From Peribolospora baueri (lineage: Eukaryota): a stretch of DNA of 43,633 bases. Each line of letters starts with the position of its first letter. Position 1 is the stretch's first letter. The notes under the pieces are model-generated. The model was not told the DNA's origin, did not search any database, and saw only the letters and a list, made by a program, of their open reading frames with translations. The position numbers and the translations under genes were made by a program. Shown one piece after another: positions 11,543-21,969 of the stretch. Where the stretch lies: positions 62,001 to 105,633 of the forward strand of contig JAMDHS010000072.1 of the NCBI GenBank assembly GCA_029717555.1. The letters are read 5' to 3'.

Positions 11543-11747
11543 CAAGTGCAACTAACTGCATTTTAGCATAACACAACACAAAGATAACGAATTAATGAAT
11601 CAATTTGTTGAATTCTTCGGTTGTGGTTATGTTGCTAAAGTAAATCCCAATAAAGTTGATTTTCGAATACGAGATATTAACGATATAGAGAACCATTTAT
11701 TTCCATTTCTAGAAAAGTATTCGTTGCGGACTATAAAACATAAAGAC
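11543..11747 (+). pseudogene. LAGLIDADG homing endonuclease fragment, probable NUMT from a mitochondrial intron ORF
   Basis: Abrupt AT-rich island in GC-rich DNA translating as QVQL/HFSITQHKDNELMNQFVEFFGCGYVAKVNPNKVDFRIRDINDIENHLFPFLEKYSLRTIKHKD, the pattern of a LAGLIDADG_1 C-terminal half. Frameshift from an AACT duplication at ~11550-11557. Confidence 0.85.
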
Positions 11748-12674
11748 GCAGCAGGTGTCAAACGAGTATTCCGCGGCCGTCTCGAGACGAAAGCGGGGGT
11801 GGAGGGAAGGTCGGCTCAGCCGGGACGCACGCGAGCGAGCGAGGGAGCGGTGACTGAGCGTCCACGCGTTGGCGGTCCCGACGACTTCGGCCGTCCCGAC
11901 TGGACCCATTCACCTGTGCCTGTGCACACGGACGGACGGCATGGACGTACACATACACGGCAAGGCAAGGCGACCTGCAGCTGTGGTCGTAGTTCTGTCT
12001 GCATTTTGGTCCGTGGCCGAGCGAGCGTTTTGCCAAACAAGGTTGTGGAAGGCCGTTTGCGTTGCTCGCTCTTTCTTTCTTTCTTTCTTTCTTTCTCTTT
12101 CTCTCGCGTGCGTGCGCATCGCATCCCACTGTCAACTGTCAGAGAACGCTGTCGTGAGCTCGTAGGCATCGTTGTCAAGCCGAGCCAAGCACGCGTGGCT
12201 GGACTGCGGCGTGGTGGACGGTGACGACGGCGGGTTCAGCATCGCACGAACATGAATAAGAAAGAGGATGACCGGCCTGACCGGGCCTGACGCCGCTGGA
12301 GGGGTACGGACAGACAAGACAGGCATTGGGTGACGGAGAATGCTTCGCGGTCTTTCATCTTTCGATGCTGATGCTGATGAAGCGCATGACGACGACGGAT
12401 GATAGTGACGGCCATGTCGACCGCGCGCCGCGACTCGGAGAGACCGACCGGACCGACCGGGTCCGAGGTGCGAGTCGCGGGATGGTCGGCATTGAGGCCG
12501 CGAACGAATCCGGCCGGGTTGACCCGACGACGGTGAGCGGTGAATGGGTGAGGCGTCGGCGGCTCGCGGCGAAACCTAGCCGAGCTGCGTCCTCCCTCCG
12601 GCCGCTGACCTTGTCTTTCCTTAATTTCTTTCTTCCTTTCCTTCTCACGCGGTGGAACAGATGGCAGCAGCCCC

Positions 12675-12795
12675 AAGACGAGACGAGACGAGACGAGACG
12701 AGACGGCCGGCCCGGCTCGGTTCGGTACGCGTGTCGTGTCTGTCTGGCGCTTAGCCTTTCTTCGGTTCCCCGCGCTTGCTCGCGTGTGTCCGCCC

Positions 12796-12826
<31 letters not shown>
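12675..12826. repeat. Microsatellites (AGACG)n and (TGTC)n in an SSR-rich intergenic region
   Basis: AGACGAGACGAGACG... at ~12676-12705 and CTGTCTGTCTGT... at ~12796-12826, read directly. Confidence 0.85.
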
Positions 12827-12827
<1 letters not shown>

Positions 12828-13786
12828 GTATGGACGGGTGGGATGGCCATATGAGGGAAGTGGAGCGATGGTGGCATTACAAGGTTCGGCCGGGCGGAAG
12901 GTTAAGGAAGAGACAGCGTGCTGAGTCACAGTTGGGTGGGACGTCGAGTCGAATAGAATCGAGTCGAGTCGAGCGCTTACTTCGATGGACGACGGCGGGG
13001 ACTCGGTGGCGCCCTCGCCCCTACTTGCCGGCGTAGAAGGCGACATATGTGCCTGGCTGGACACACGTGCGAGGAGGACGCGTCGCCGGTCGTCCTTAGT
13101 GACCACCGCCAGACACCGGCACAAATGGCCGCGCGTCGGCTCTCGGCCGTCGTCCTCCGCCCCTCGTCGTCGCCGTCGTCGTCGATCCGCCATCCGCCAC
13201 TCGATCCGAGTCATCCTCGCCCCGGCTCTCGTGAGAGACCCCCGGCCGGCCGGACAGCGGGCGGGGGACGGGCGAGCCGAGCCGAGCTGTGCCGAGAGGA
13301 CGGACAACACGCGGTCGTATCAGGCTGACCGACAACCGATGTCGATGTCGATGTCGATGTCGATATCGACGATGGTCGTCAGCACTTCTATGGCTCGTCC
13401 GCACGAAGCCCGCCGACGACGACGACAACGACAACGACGAGTACTACATAACCCCGGTGCCCGCTCGCCTCCACCCCCCTTTTGCCCTTTTCTTTGCCTT
13501 CCCCCGCAAACAGTGCGAGCCTGGATTCTTGATCGCCCGCCTCCCTCGTCCATCCAACCCGCCGCCATCGGCTGCATCCGGGTGGCACTGCCTCCTGTAC
13601 CTCCGATCAGGCGCATTACACACTTCCGCTCCGCATCCGATCGTGCCGTCATACCGTCGCACAATCAGTCCCACTCACGGACCACAATCACGATCACATT
13701 CACGCCTCCCTCCCCTCCTCTCCCGCACAATCAAGGCCAGCCTGTCCTGACTCTCCGTTCCTGCCCCTGAAAAAGGCCAAAAGGCC

Positions 13787-16147
13787 ATGTCCGCCGCCGT
13801 CGATCCTCACCTCCACCTCCCTCACCAGCGCCACCGCCCCAAGCTCAATCCCAGGAGCGATCTCGACCTGTTCGCCCTTCACGGCACCTATGACCTCCTG
13901 CCCTCCTCCGCCACCATGACCGCGCCAGCCGCCTCCGTGTCCTCGCTCGACGGCTCCCCCCCCGCCCCCGCCTCGTCGCACCTCATCGTCGTCGACGAGG
14001 ACGGCACCGCCCACGATCCAGACTACTGCGCCCGCAAGCAGCAGCGCTACTCCTCCGTCGCACTCGGTCACCCCACCGGTCTCAGTCACAGTCATCTTCA
14101 TACCGCCGGCGCTTCCTCCGCCGCCGCCCCCTCCTGGCGGCCCAAGTCGTCCGGCGTCCGACGAGGCAGCCTGCTCAGCCAGCGCAGCGATTTCCTCCCC
14201 CTCTCCCGATCCTCCTCCATTTCCTCCTCCTCCGACACCAGCGACGATGAGGACGCCGCCGAGGCCGACGACGAGCGTTGGACGTACAGCGTCGAGAGCA
14301 GCCCGCGGACCGGCACCGTCGGCCTCGGCCTGTCCTCCAACGCCTCTCAGCTCTCCTCTTCGAGCCCGCCGCCATCCTCGCGCCAGAGCTCGTTTAACGT
14401 GCCCGTCTTCGGTCCTCCAGACGCCGACCGGAGACGAACGGCCGGCAGCCTCGCCTCCCGACCCTCCAGCTCCTCCTCCGTCCTCGCCTCTTCCACGACC
14501 GACAAGCCTCGTCGGTGGTCGAACCCGCGGGACGTCCTCGCCTCGTTCGCCCACGCCCATCACAATCCCAACGCCATCACCAGCTTTGGCTCCACCTCCA
14601 GCTTGGCCTCCTCGGACAGGAAGGGCAAGGGAAAAGAGGCTTCCTTGCCCTTGGACGAAGCGCGCACGGATGATGCCGTGGGCACCCGCAGCCGACCGGG
14701 CAGCCGTCTCGGCCGCCGCTTGGTCGAGAGGAAACGGCGAACGATGACCGTCTCGTCGTCCACGTCCATCACCGACGCCGAGGCCTCGATGCGCGACCTC
14801 AAGTTCGCCGCTGCGGTGGCCAAGGGCAACATGGGTACCCCGCTCTCCTCTCCGCCCTTGCCCGATTTCGCTGACCCGTATACGGGCTTCTTCGACAACT
14901 GGGGCCCGCCGGCGTCGGAGGCGGGCACGGACGCGTCGGAGCCTTCCCCTCTCGAGCATGTGCGATCGGCGCCGGCGAGCGTGCTTAACTTGCAGCGGAC
15001 CGACACGTACCCCTCCTCGACGCCACATCAGCACTCGCGTCTGCCTCACTTCCACCTCCGCAAGCGCGGCATCACCCATCCGCGGGACAAGTCTTCCTCC
15101 CCTTTGCGCGCCACGAGCCCCGGCGCCGCCGCCGCCCAGGAGGAGAAGGAGAAGGAGGCGGGCCTGTACGTGGGAGGGAAGAAGATCGAGCTCATCTCTT
15201 CCAGCCACCGGCGGCCTTTCGACGGCCGCACCGCCCCACCGGCCGCGTTCGAGTGGGAGGAGGACTGGGGCGGAAAGGAGGGCATGCTGGCGCGCTCGTT
15301 CAGCGGCGCCAAGATCGGTCGGATGGCCACGGGCACGGGCACGGGCACGACGCGCGACGCCAAGAGTCGTCTGCACAGCCCGAGCAGGCGCTCCGTCGCG
15401 TCGACGACCGAGCCCTCGGGTACGGCCTTGGACTCGGATGACCACATGGGCGGGGAAGAGGAAGGCGCGAGGCGCTGGTGTCCCACGCGTTCGTTGTCCT
15501 TTTCGCGAAGGCCGTCTTCGATGGAGTCGGCACACCAGCACCAGCACGAGCGCCAGCACCAGCATCAGCAACAACCGCGAGACGGCCAAGGCCGTTCGGG
15601 GTCCGGACCGCAGGCGGGCATGGCACCATTGGAGACGATCCTCAGCACGACCGAGTCAGGCGGAGAGGCCAGCAGGGACGCGGCGGCGCGCAAGGCCAAC
15701 GAGAGGGCCCATGGAGGCGACGGCGCGAACCGCAAGGACGCGTCGCCGCTGACGTCGCTCTTCTCTCATCTCCATCCCCACCAAGCCCATCAACAACACC
15801 AGGACCGCGACCGCTTGGAGGGCGCGTCGAGCGACGTCGGCTCGCTCATGTCGACGCTGTACACCGCCCACGCGCCCGCACCGCTCACCTCGTCCGCCTC
15901 GACGCATTCCTGGCGGACGTCGTCGTCGTCGTCATCTCAGAAGCGGAGCCGGCTGAAGCGCAAGATGCGAAATGGACTTCAGAGTTGGGCGTTGGGCGTG
16001 CGGTTTGGGATGTTGAATGCGAGGAGGGTGTTGAGCGTGCAGGCGCAGCACCAGCACAAGCACCAGCAGCAGCAGCCGCAGCAGCAGAGGGAGCAGTGGA
16101 TGATGTGGGAGAGGGAGGAGAAGGGGACGAGGAGTCTCGCTGTCTAG
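13787..16147 (+). CDS. 786-aa single-exon Ser/His/Gln-rich hypothetical protein
   Basis: Uninterrupted ORF with C/G-ending codon bias and GCCATG start context. Mostly low complexity, with two ordered-looking motifs: IVVDEDGTAHDPDY and LKRKMRNGLQSWALGVRFGMLNARR. Confidence 0.75.
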   Translation: MSAAVDPHLHLPHQRHRPKLNPRSDLDLFALHGTYDLLPSSATMTAPAASVSSLDGSPPAPASSHLIVVDEDGTAHDPDYCARKQQRYSSVALGHPTGLSHSHLHTAGASSAAAPSWRPKSSGVRRGSLLSQRSDFLPLSRSSSISSSSDTSDDEDAAEADDERWTYSVESSPRTGTVGLGLSSNASQLSSSSPPPSSRQSSFNVPVFGPPDADRRRTAGSLASRPSSSSSVLASSTTDKPRRWSNPRDVLASFAHAHHNPNAITSFGSTSSLASSDRKGKGKEASLPLDEARTDDAVGTRSRPGSRLGRRLVERKRRTMTVSSSTSITDAEASMRDLKFAAAVAKGNMGTPLSSPPLPDFADPYTGFFDNWGPPASEAGTDASEPSPLEHVRSAPASVLNLQRTDTYPSSTPHQHSRLPHFHLRKRGITHPRDKSSSPLRATSPGAAAAQEEKEKEAGLYVGGKKIELISSSHRRPFDGRTAPPAAFEWEEDWGGKEGMLARSFSGAKIGRMATGTGTGTTRDAKSRLHSPSRRSVASTTEPSGTALDSDDHMGGEEEGARRWCPTRSLSFSRRPSSMESAHQHQHERQHQHQQQPRDGQGRSGSGPQAGMAPLETILSTTESGGEASRDAAARKANERAHGGDGANRKDASPLTSLFSHLHPHQAHQQHQDRDRLEGASSDVGSLMSTLYTAHAPAPLTSSASTHSWRTSSSSSSQKRSRLKRKMRNGLQSWALGVRFGMLNARRVLSVQAQHQHKHQQQQPQQQREQWMMWEREEKGTRSLAV

Positions 16148-16595
16148 CCTCGGTCTTTCGTTCTTTCCTTCGACGCACACACGCACTGGCACACCCCGCT
16201 CAACGCCATCTGAACGTTGCGTGAACGGCGGAGGTCTCGATACCCGCCTTTGCCCGCAACAACGCCCGATATGCACGATACGCGCTCGTATCGCACGCAT
16301 GCTCCTTTCTTCCGACTCTCCATCCAATCCAATCCAGTCCACTTCACTTGACTCTGCTCGATTCGATTCGATTCCTTTCGACCGATTCCATTCGATGTAT
16401 TTCATACTGTCACGAACGCTCAATTCAATTGTATTGTGTCCACAAATGTACGGACTATCATATCGTCGAGGGAGAGAGATCGGCCCGGGGGAAAGACAGG
16501 CAAGGCAGGCTCTGCGGAGCATGGCTGGTACGATGTCAAAGTAGACGGAGCGGCCGAGCTGGCCCACAAGACAGACAGAAAGGACGGCCTGGCGT

Positions 16596-16628
16596 CCGAC
16601 CGACCGACCGACCGACCGACCGACCGAC
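16596..16628. repeat. (CCGA)n microsatellite
   Basis: About 8 tandem CCGA units, read directly. Confidence 0.9.
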
Positions 16629-17287
16629 CTTCCTTAGCCTTGGCCTTGGCCTCGGAGCCCTGGAATGATGTATACGGGGTTAAGATCGTGTTAAGGACGT
16701 TCGTTGATCTGCCTTGCTTTGCCCTGCCCTGCCATGCTCTGCCCTACACTGCCCTCCAAGCCCTGCCGTGAGGTGCAGGCAGGCACGCGTCGCATGCGAC
16801 GCTGGCAAGATTCCTGGAGACGGGGCGGGGTGGAAAATCGATGGAGATGGTGCGTTGTTGAGGAGCGTGTGTGCGTACGATTTGATTTTTTCTTTTCTTT
16901 TCTTTTCTTTTCAGTACGCTGCGTGCGTCGTTCGACTAAAGCGGATGGGATAGATGCTCTCTCAGCGGATAAGATAGAACTCTGAAACCGGACTGCGGCG
17001 ACTTGAATGAACCAACCAACCAACCGTCCCTTCGCTTCTACCGCAGCAGGTCCCAGCCGCCAATCGTTCTTCGCCTCGAGGCCCTCGCTAGTCGGTAGTT
17101 CCGGGTGCGATGGGGATGGATGGATGGATGGATGGATGGGGAGTGGAAGAAGAGAGTGGTCCCCTCCTTTCACCTTCTCTTCCACCACCACCACCACCGC
17201 CCACTTCCTTGACGGCTCGCGCCGCCACCACCAGGCCCACCGCCTTAGGGCCCATAGGCCCCCTCTTTCCTCCGCGCCGTCGCCGCC

Positions 17288-19676
17288 ATGCCCTCCTCTC
17301 CCCTCTCCCTCACCCTCCCCCTCACCCTCCCCCTCACCCTCGTCGCCCCGCTCCTCCTCCTCGCCGCCGCGCCGCTGCTTCTCGCCAGCGCCCAGTCCCC
17401 CAGCGCTGCCGGTTGTCTCAGCTTGAAAGGATCCTCCGCTTGTCCTTCTTTCCAGAATGTTTGTGAGTTGCTCTCCCCCCCCGCTCATCGTTCCGGTCAG
17501 TCGATTCCCCGTCAGGCTCGCAAGGGGCTAGAAGGAGGGAGGAGGAGGACGGCGTATGGAACAGCCTGGCCTAGGGCGCTGCAGGGCCAGCCAGATCGGG
17601 CTCTTCTTCTTTCGAGGCTCAGGTTTGGACACGCTCGCTGGCCGCGCCCGGCCATGACCGGCCATTTCCCATGGCCCGATGGAGCGGATCCGCCGATGCG
17701 GTGCAGGCCTCGCCTCACCCGTCGCGTTTGGCAGGCGATGGTACGGCGGCTGTCTAGGCACTGCCAAAGGAAAAAAAAAAAAAAAAAAAAGAAAAAGAAA
17801 AAGAAAAAGTCCACACGCAGCTCACGTGTGCGGACGATGGTGCAGCGTGCAGAGTGCAGTGCAGAGATAGGAGTTCGTCCTTGAGTTTGGATAACGGATT
17901 GCGACGAGCACCGGCCCCTCTCGCACGGCATAGCACAGTGTTGCTGACGTGACCTCCCATTCTTGACCCTCTCCCTCCTCGGTTGCCCAGGGGTCAACCC
18001 GGCGAACCTAACGGCCCACTACCGCTTCTTCTCCAACGTCACCGACGTCGCCTCGTTCGACTACAACTTTGAGCTCTACCTTTCCGATCCTAACCAGTTC
18101 CATGAGCAAAAGTTCGTCAGCGAGCTCCAGTGCGATCACGCTCAGAATTGTGAGTCGTCGACGATGGCCAGCCGTCCAACCCCTCGTGGCCGCTCGGCTG
18201 TGACCCCATTTTCCTCTCGCCTCAAACCGCCTTGTTCACCCTCCGTCTCCCCTCTTGTAGCCACGCTACGATGGTCGCGTACGGTCCTGTGCGGCATCTT
18301 CTCGCAACAGTCCTACTCGGCCTCTTGCAACGTCGCCAACGCCGCTGAGCCCGTCATGGTGTGCCAAGACACGTGCGTCGAGTACAACGAATCCGAAAAG
18401 ATGCTCCTCGCGAACCCCCAGATCTGCGCCCCGGTCACCGCTTCTCAGAACGTGACACGGTACACGCAGCTGAGGTGAGTGCCCATCCCATTCGGCGGTT
18501 GTCCACGCGATGGCGGCGCACATGTCACCCGTCACCGACCGGAACGCAATCTCATCCGATCCGCCTTCCCTCCCTCGCAGCAACGACGTCGCCATCTGTA
18601 CCAACTGGACCACGCCCACCTCGACGGACCCGGCCAAGTGCGTCGAGGGCGTCGAAAATGAGGGCAACTGCGGCTTCGGCACGAGCTTGGACGAGCTGTG
18701 CGCCTACTGCGATCCCTCCGGCAACCAGACCGTCTCGTCCTGCTGCGTCGACCAGAAGACGAATCTGTCGAGCTGCGCCCTATTCGGACACCCCGCTGCC
18801 GCCGCCATCCGTCCTCAAACCTCGGTCGCCGCCACCCCCGGCTCGACTGGCGGTCCCTTGGCCAGCGCGGCCCCATCCTCCTCGTCGACCGGTCTGAGCA
18901 GCAACACCGAGGCGGGCATCATCGTGGGTGTCATCCTAGGCGTGGCCCTTTTCGCCGCCATCGGTGTGCTTCTCTTCTACATCCGACGCCGCTGGCGCGA
19001 GGGAGAGCGCGACGATGATGCCGAGCACTCTTCGATCGACCCGCAAATCGCCCTCGTTGACCCTGCCGCCGCCTCCTCGACCGCGATCACCAACGCTCAG
19101 AAGCACAGCAACGCCGATTCCAGCGAGGCCGCCTCGCCTCCGAGCGCTGTCGGCAGCGCCTCCCCCGCCGAAAAGTTCGCCCATGTGGCAGCCGCGGTTG
19201 CTGGTACGAGTGCCGGCGCTACCGTTCTCGCACGTCGCACGAGCGACCGCCGCCGATCCGTGGCCGGAATCTCTTCGCCCGGCGGCAATACGGACGGAAG
19301 GGGCACGACGATTCCACAGGTTCGGGACCAGAACTCATCCCACAGCATCCGTCCGGGCGACACGGTGGTCAGCATGTACCCCTATCAAGCTAATTTGTCC
19401 GATGAGCTCACCCTCGAGCCGGACCAGGCAATCGTCGTGCAGCGCCTCTTCGACGATGGGTGGGCCATCGGACGGCGCATCCCGTCTGGCGCCGAGGGCG
19501 CCTTCCCGCTCGTGTGCGTCACCAGCGCCGCGACAGAGTCATCTGAATCGATGGCCGAGGCCGAAACCGACGGCTACGCCGACGGCACGCTCGCGGGGGA
19601 GAGGACCGATGACGGCGCCGTAACTGCCGAAGAGTTCCCACCGAGCGACGTCGAGGCCGGTGCAAGCCGACGCTGA
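17288..19676 (+). CDS. Type I membrane protein: signal peptide, Cys-rich ectodomain, TM helix, cytoplasmic SH3 domain
   Basis: Exons 17288-17462, 17991-18149, 18261-18474, 18581-19676. Leu-rich signal ending ASAQ, 16 Cys in the ectodomain, TM AGIIVGVILGVALFAAIGVLLFY followed by IRRR, SH3 VVSMYPYQANLSDELTLEPDQAIVVQRLFDDGWAIG...EGAFPLVCV. Confidence 0.9.
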
Positions 19677-20436
19677 ATCGAGCGTTCGTTCGATCGTCGG
19701 AGCGTTGTGTCCTCGCCAGATCTTTGTCTCTCTCTTCTTCCTTCCTTTCCTCGTCTCTCTCTTCGCTCCTTTTCCCTGTCCATCTCTTCCTGCCCCCGGT
19801 TCGTCTTCGGTCCCACACGCACGATCTTTTTTTCGTCACCGTCCGCCGTCGTCCATTCCCCCCAGGAACCGGACCTAATAGATTTTCACTGCCTCATCCA
19901 TCGTCGCTCCTTGTTTAGCTGCCCTTTCCCTTTTCTCCCCCTTTCTCATCTCCCTCAGCGTCGCTTGACGTGGACGATGTCTATTTGCACGCGCACCGCA
20001 CGCGCACCGCACAGCACCGCACCGACGCCCCCCGCCCCCGTATTCGTTCCTTAATTCCCTTCCCTTCTCCGGACATAATTTGCTTGCTGGTTCCGGAGCG
20101 GAGCGGCGCAAAGGAGATGGCTCTCTTCCTTGGCCCCTCCGCTCCCTTCATCACTTGCTTGCCCTTGCCGGGCTGTTCATAATCGCCTTCCTTCCCTTGC
20201 TCCTTCCTCCTCATCCTGCCCGTCGCCGTCCATCCCCTGTATTCGACTCCTCTCACTCCCGCTGCATCCGGCTGCTGTAACTCCAACCCCACCCTCTCTA
20301 CTTAGTAACGGACGCCGAATCTGCTTTGTCACACCCGCTCTCAGCGATCTTTTGTCGGATTTGGACGACGGCTCTGAGCGTGCGTTCGTGCTTTATATAA
20401 CATTGCAGTGCAGATAAGATAGGGTATTCGCCGCGC

Positions 20437-21689
20437 TCAATACAGGCCTCCGGCCGCCTCTCTCTGAACCGGTGACGTGCCATCCGTCGCCGCCGGCGCC
20501 CCACCAGCGGCGGAAGCGACCTTGGCTTCCTCCAAGATCTTGGCCGTGCCGCTTGCTCCGATGCGGTCTGCGCCGGCCTCGACCATGGTCCTCAGGTCGG
20601 CCAGCGTGCGCACCCCGCCGCTCGCCTTGACTCTCATCGGTCGCTGGATCTTTGAGTTCGTCAGTGCCGGCACGCTCGCTGTCCCGGTCCCGGCCTCGAC
20701 CTTGAGGAAGCGGACGCGCTCCTGATGGTGGAGCGCGACGGCGCGCATCAGCGCCACGTCCGACGCTTTCGCCCCGCCTGTCGAGAAGCCCGTCGAGGTT
20801 TTCACGAACGCTGCGCCGGCCTGCACGTCCACGTCATCGATGCGAGTGAGGGGTGGAGGGCGAGACGGAGGGAGGCGATGCAGAGAAGCATTTGAGAATG
20901 GGCCCGAACTTTAGCTTTCTTTCGTTCGTTCGTTCGCTCGCTCGTTCGAACTCCCCTGTTACGACACCGCCTTGTCTCGAAGAAATGTATGCTCCCTTAA
21001 CTCACCAGCTCCGCGATAACGCACGACGCCACAATCTCGTCTCGGGTCAGCAAGCACGTCTCGATGATGACCTTGACGGGTGCGGCGCCGGAGGCTTGTA
21101 CGACGGCCGCCATGTCCTGGTAGACGTAGCCGTAGTTTCCCGCTTTGAGCTGGCCGACTGTGGGGAGGGGGAGGAAGGGGGGGGGGGGGGGAGGGGGGGG
21201 GGGGGGGGAAGGCAGAAGTTGGTGGGATCAGGAATTTTTTTCGAGCAGGGTCGGGCGAGCGAACCCCGCCCGCCGAGCGGCTCCCTGAGGGGTCCCTCGC
21301 TCACCATGCTGAACCATGTCGATCTCTGCAGCGCCCTGACTGACGGCCCACCTAGCCTCCTCCACTTTGGCCGCCGTGGCCGCTGCGCCGAGGGGGAAGC
21401 CGACGACGGCGATGGGTCGAACGGTGCTGCCGCGGAGCACCTCAGCTACTTGGGGCACGTAGCTCGCGTTGACGCACACCGTCGCGCAGCCCATCGCCTT
21501 GGCCTCCTTGGCCGCCGCCACCACATCCGACGGCTGTGCAGCGGGCGCGAGAAGGGTGTGGTCGATGAGCGAGGCGATCGAGCTCGGACACGAAAGCACC
21601 TGCGCTGCCGAAGTCGGTCCAGATTCATCGCTGGAGTTGGCCAGGCGCTTCAGCTCGTCGTCGATCAGCGGTTTGAGGAACGGGTCCAT
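20437..21689 (-). CDS. Deoxyribose-phosphate aldolase (DERA/DeoC family)
   Basis: [40 protein letters not shown] (Schiff-base Lys), [17 protein letters not shown]. Exons 21689-21305, 21157-21006, 20820-20437. Confidence 0.95.
21162..21208. repeat. Poly-G tract (+ strand) inside DERA intron 1
   Basis: About 47 nt of nearly pure G, with two uninterrupted runs of about 15-16 G, directly upstream of the acceptor on the coding (-) strand. Confidence 0.9.
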
Positions 21690-21969
21690 CTCGCGAGTAG
21701 GGGCGACGAGCGGGGGAGGCGGCTAGATGAGATTTAGGATGGAGTCGCGCCTCCTCTCTCTCGTTTGTGTGGGTGGGCTGAGCTGGCCTTGGGTGGGAGG
21801 GATGGCGACGAGCGGCGAGAAAGTGGGGCGAAATACAAAACGGCTGAAAACGCACTTGCCCACGTGGCGCTCCTCCGTATCGCTTCGTGAAGGTTTCCAC
21901 GACACTCGCAATACAAAATGTAATTTTACTGCAACAACGTCATGCCGTCTCTCCCACTGCATAAGTACT

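Noticed and set aside
12236..13770. Several 200+ aa ORFs on both strands
   Set aside because: They translate microsatellites (TDRQ, MSMS, poly-R) in stop-poor GC-rich DNA; no protein-like signal.
13700..15589. 629-aa minus-strand ORF
   Set aside because: Antisense shadow of the GC-rich 786-aa gene; Arg/Gly-rich with no domain.
17760..17810. Poly-Lys/poly-Phe ORF segments
   Set aside because: They lie in an intron and are translations of the A-tract.
20437..21689. DERA as a recent bacterial horizontal transfer
   Set aside because: It has two spliceosomal introns and host-like composition, and DeoC-type aldolases are known in fungi. A phylogeny would be needed to claim transfer.
20853..21737. 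294-aa plus-strand ORF with poly-Gly
   Set aside because: Antisense to DERA and reads through the intronic G-tract.
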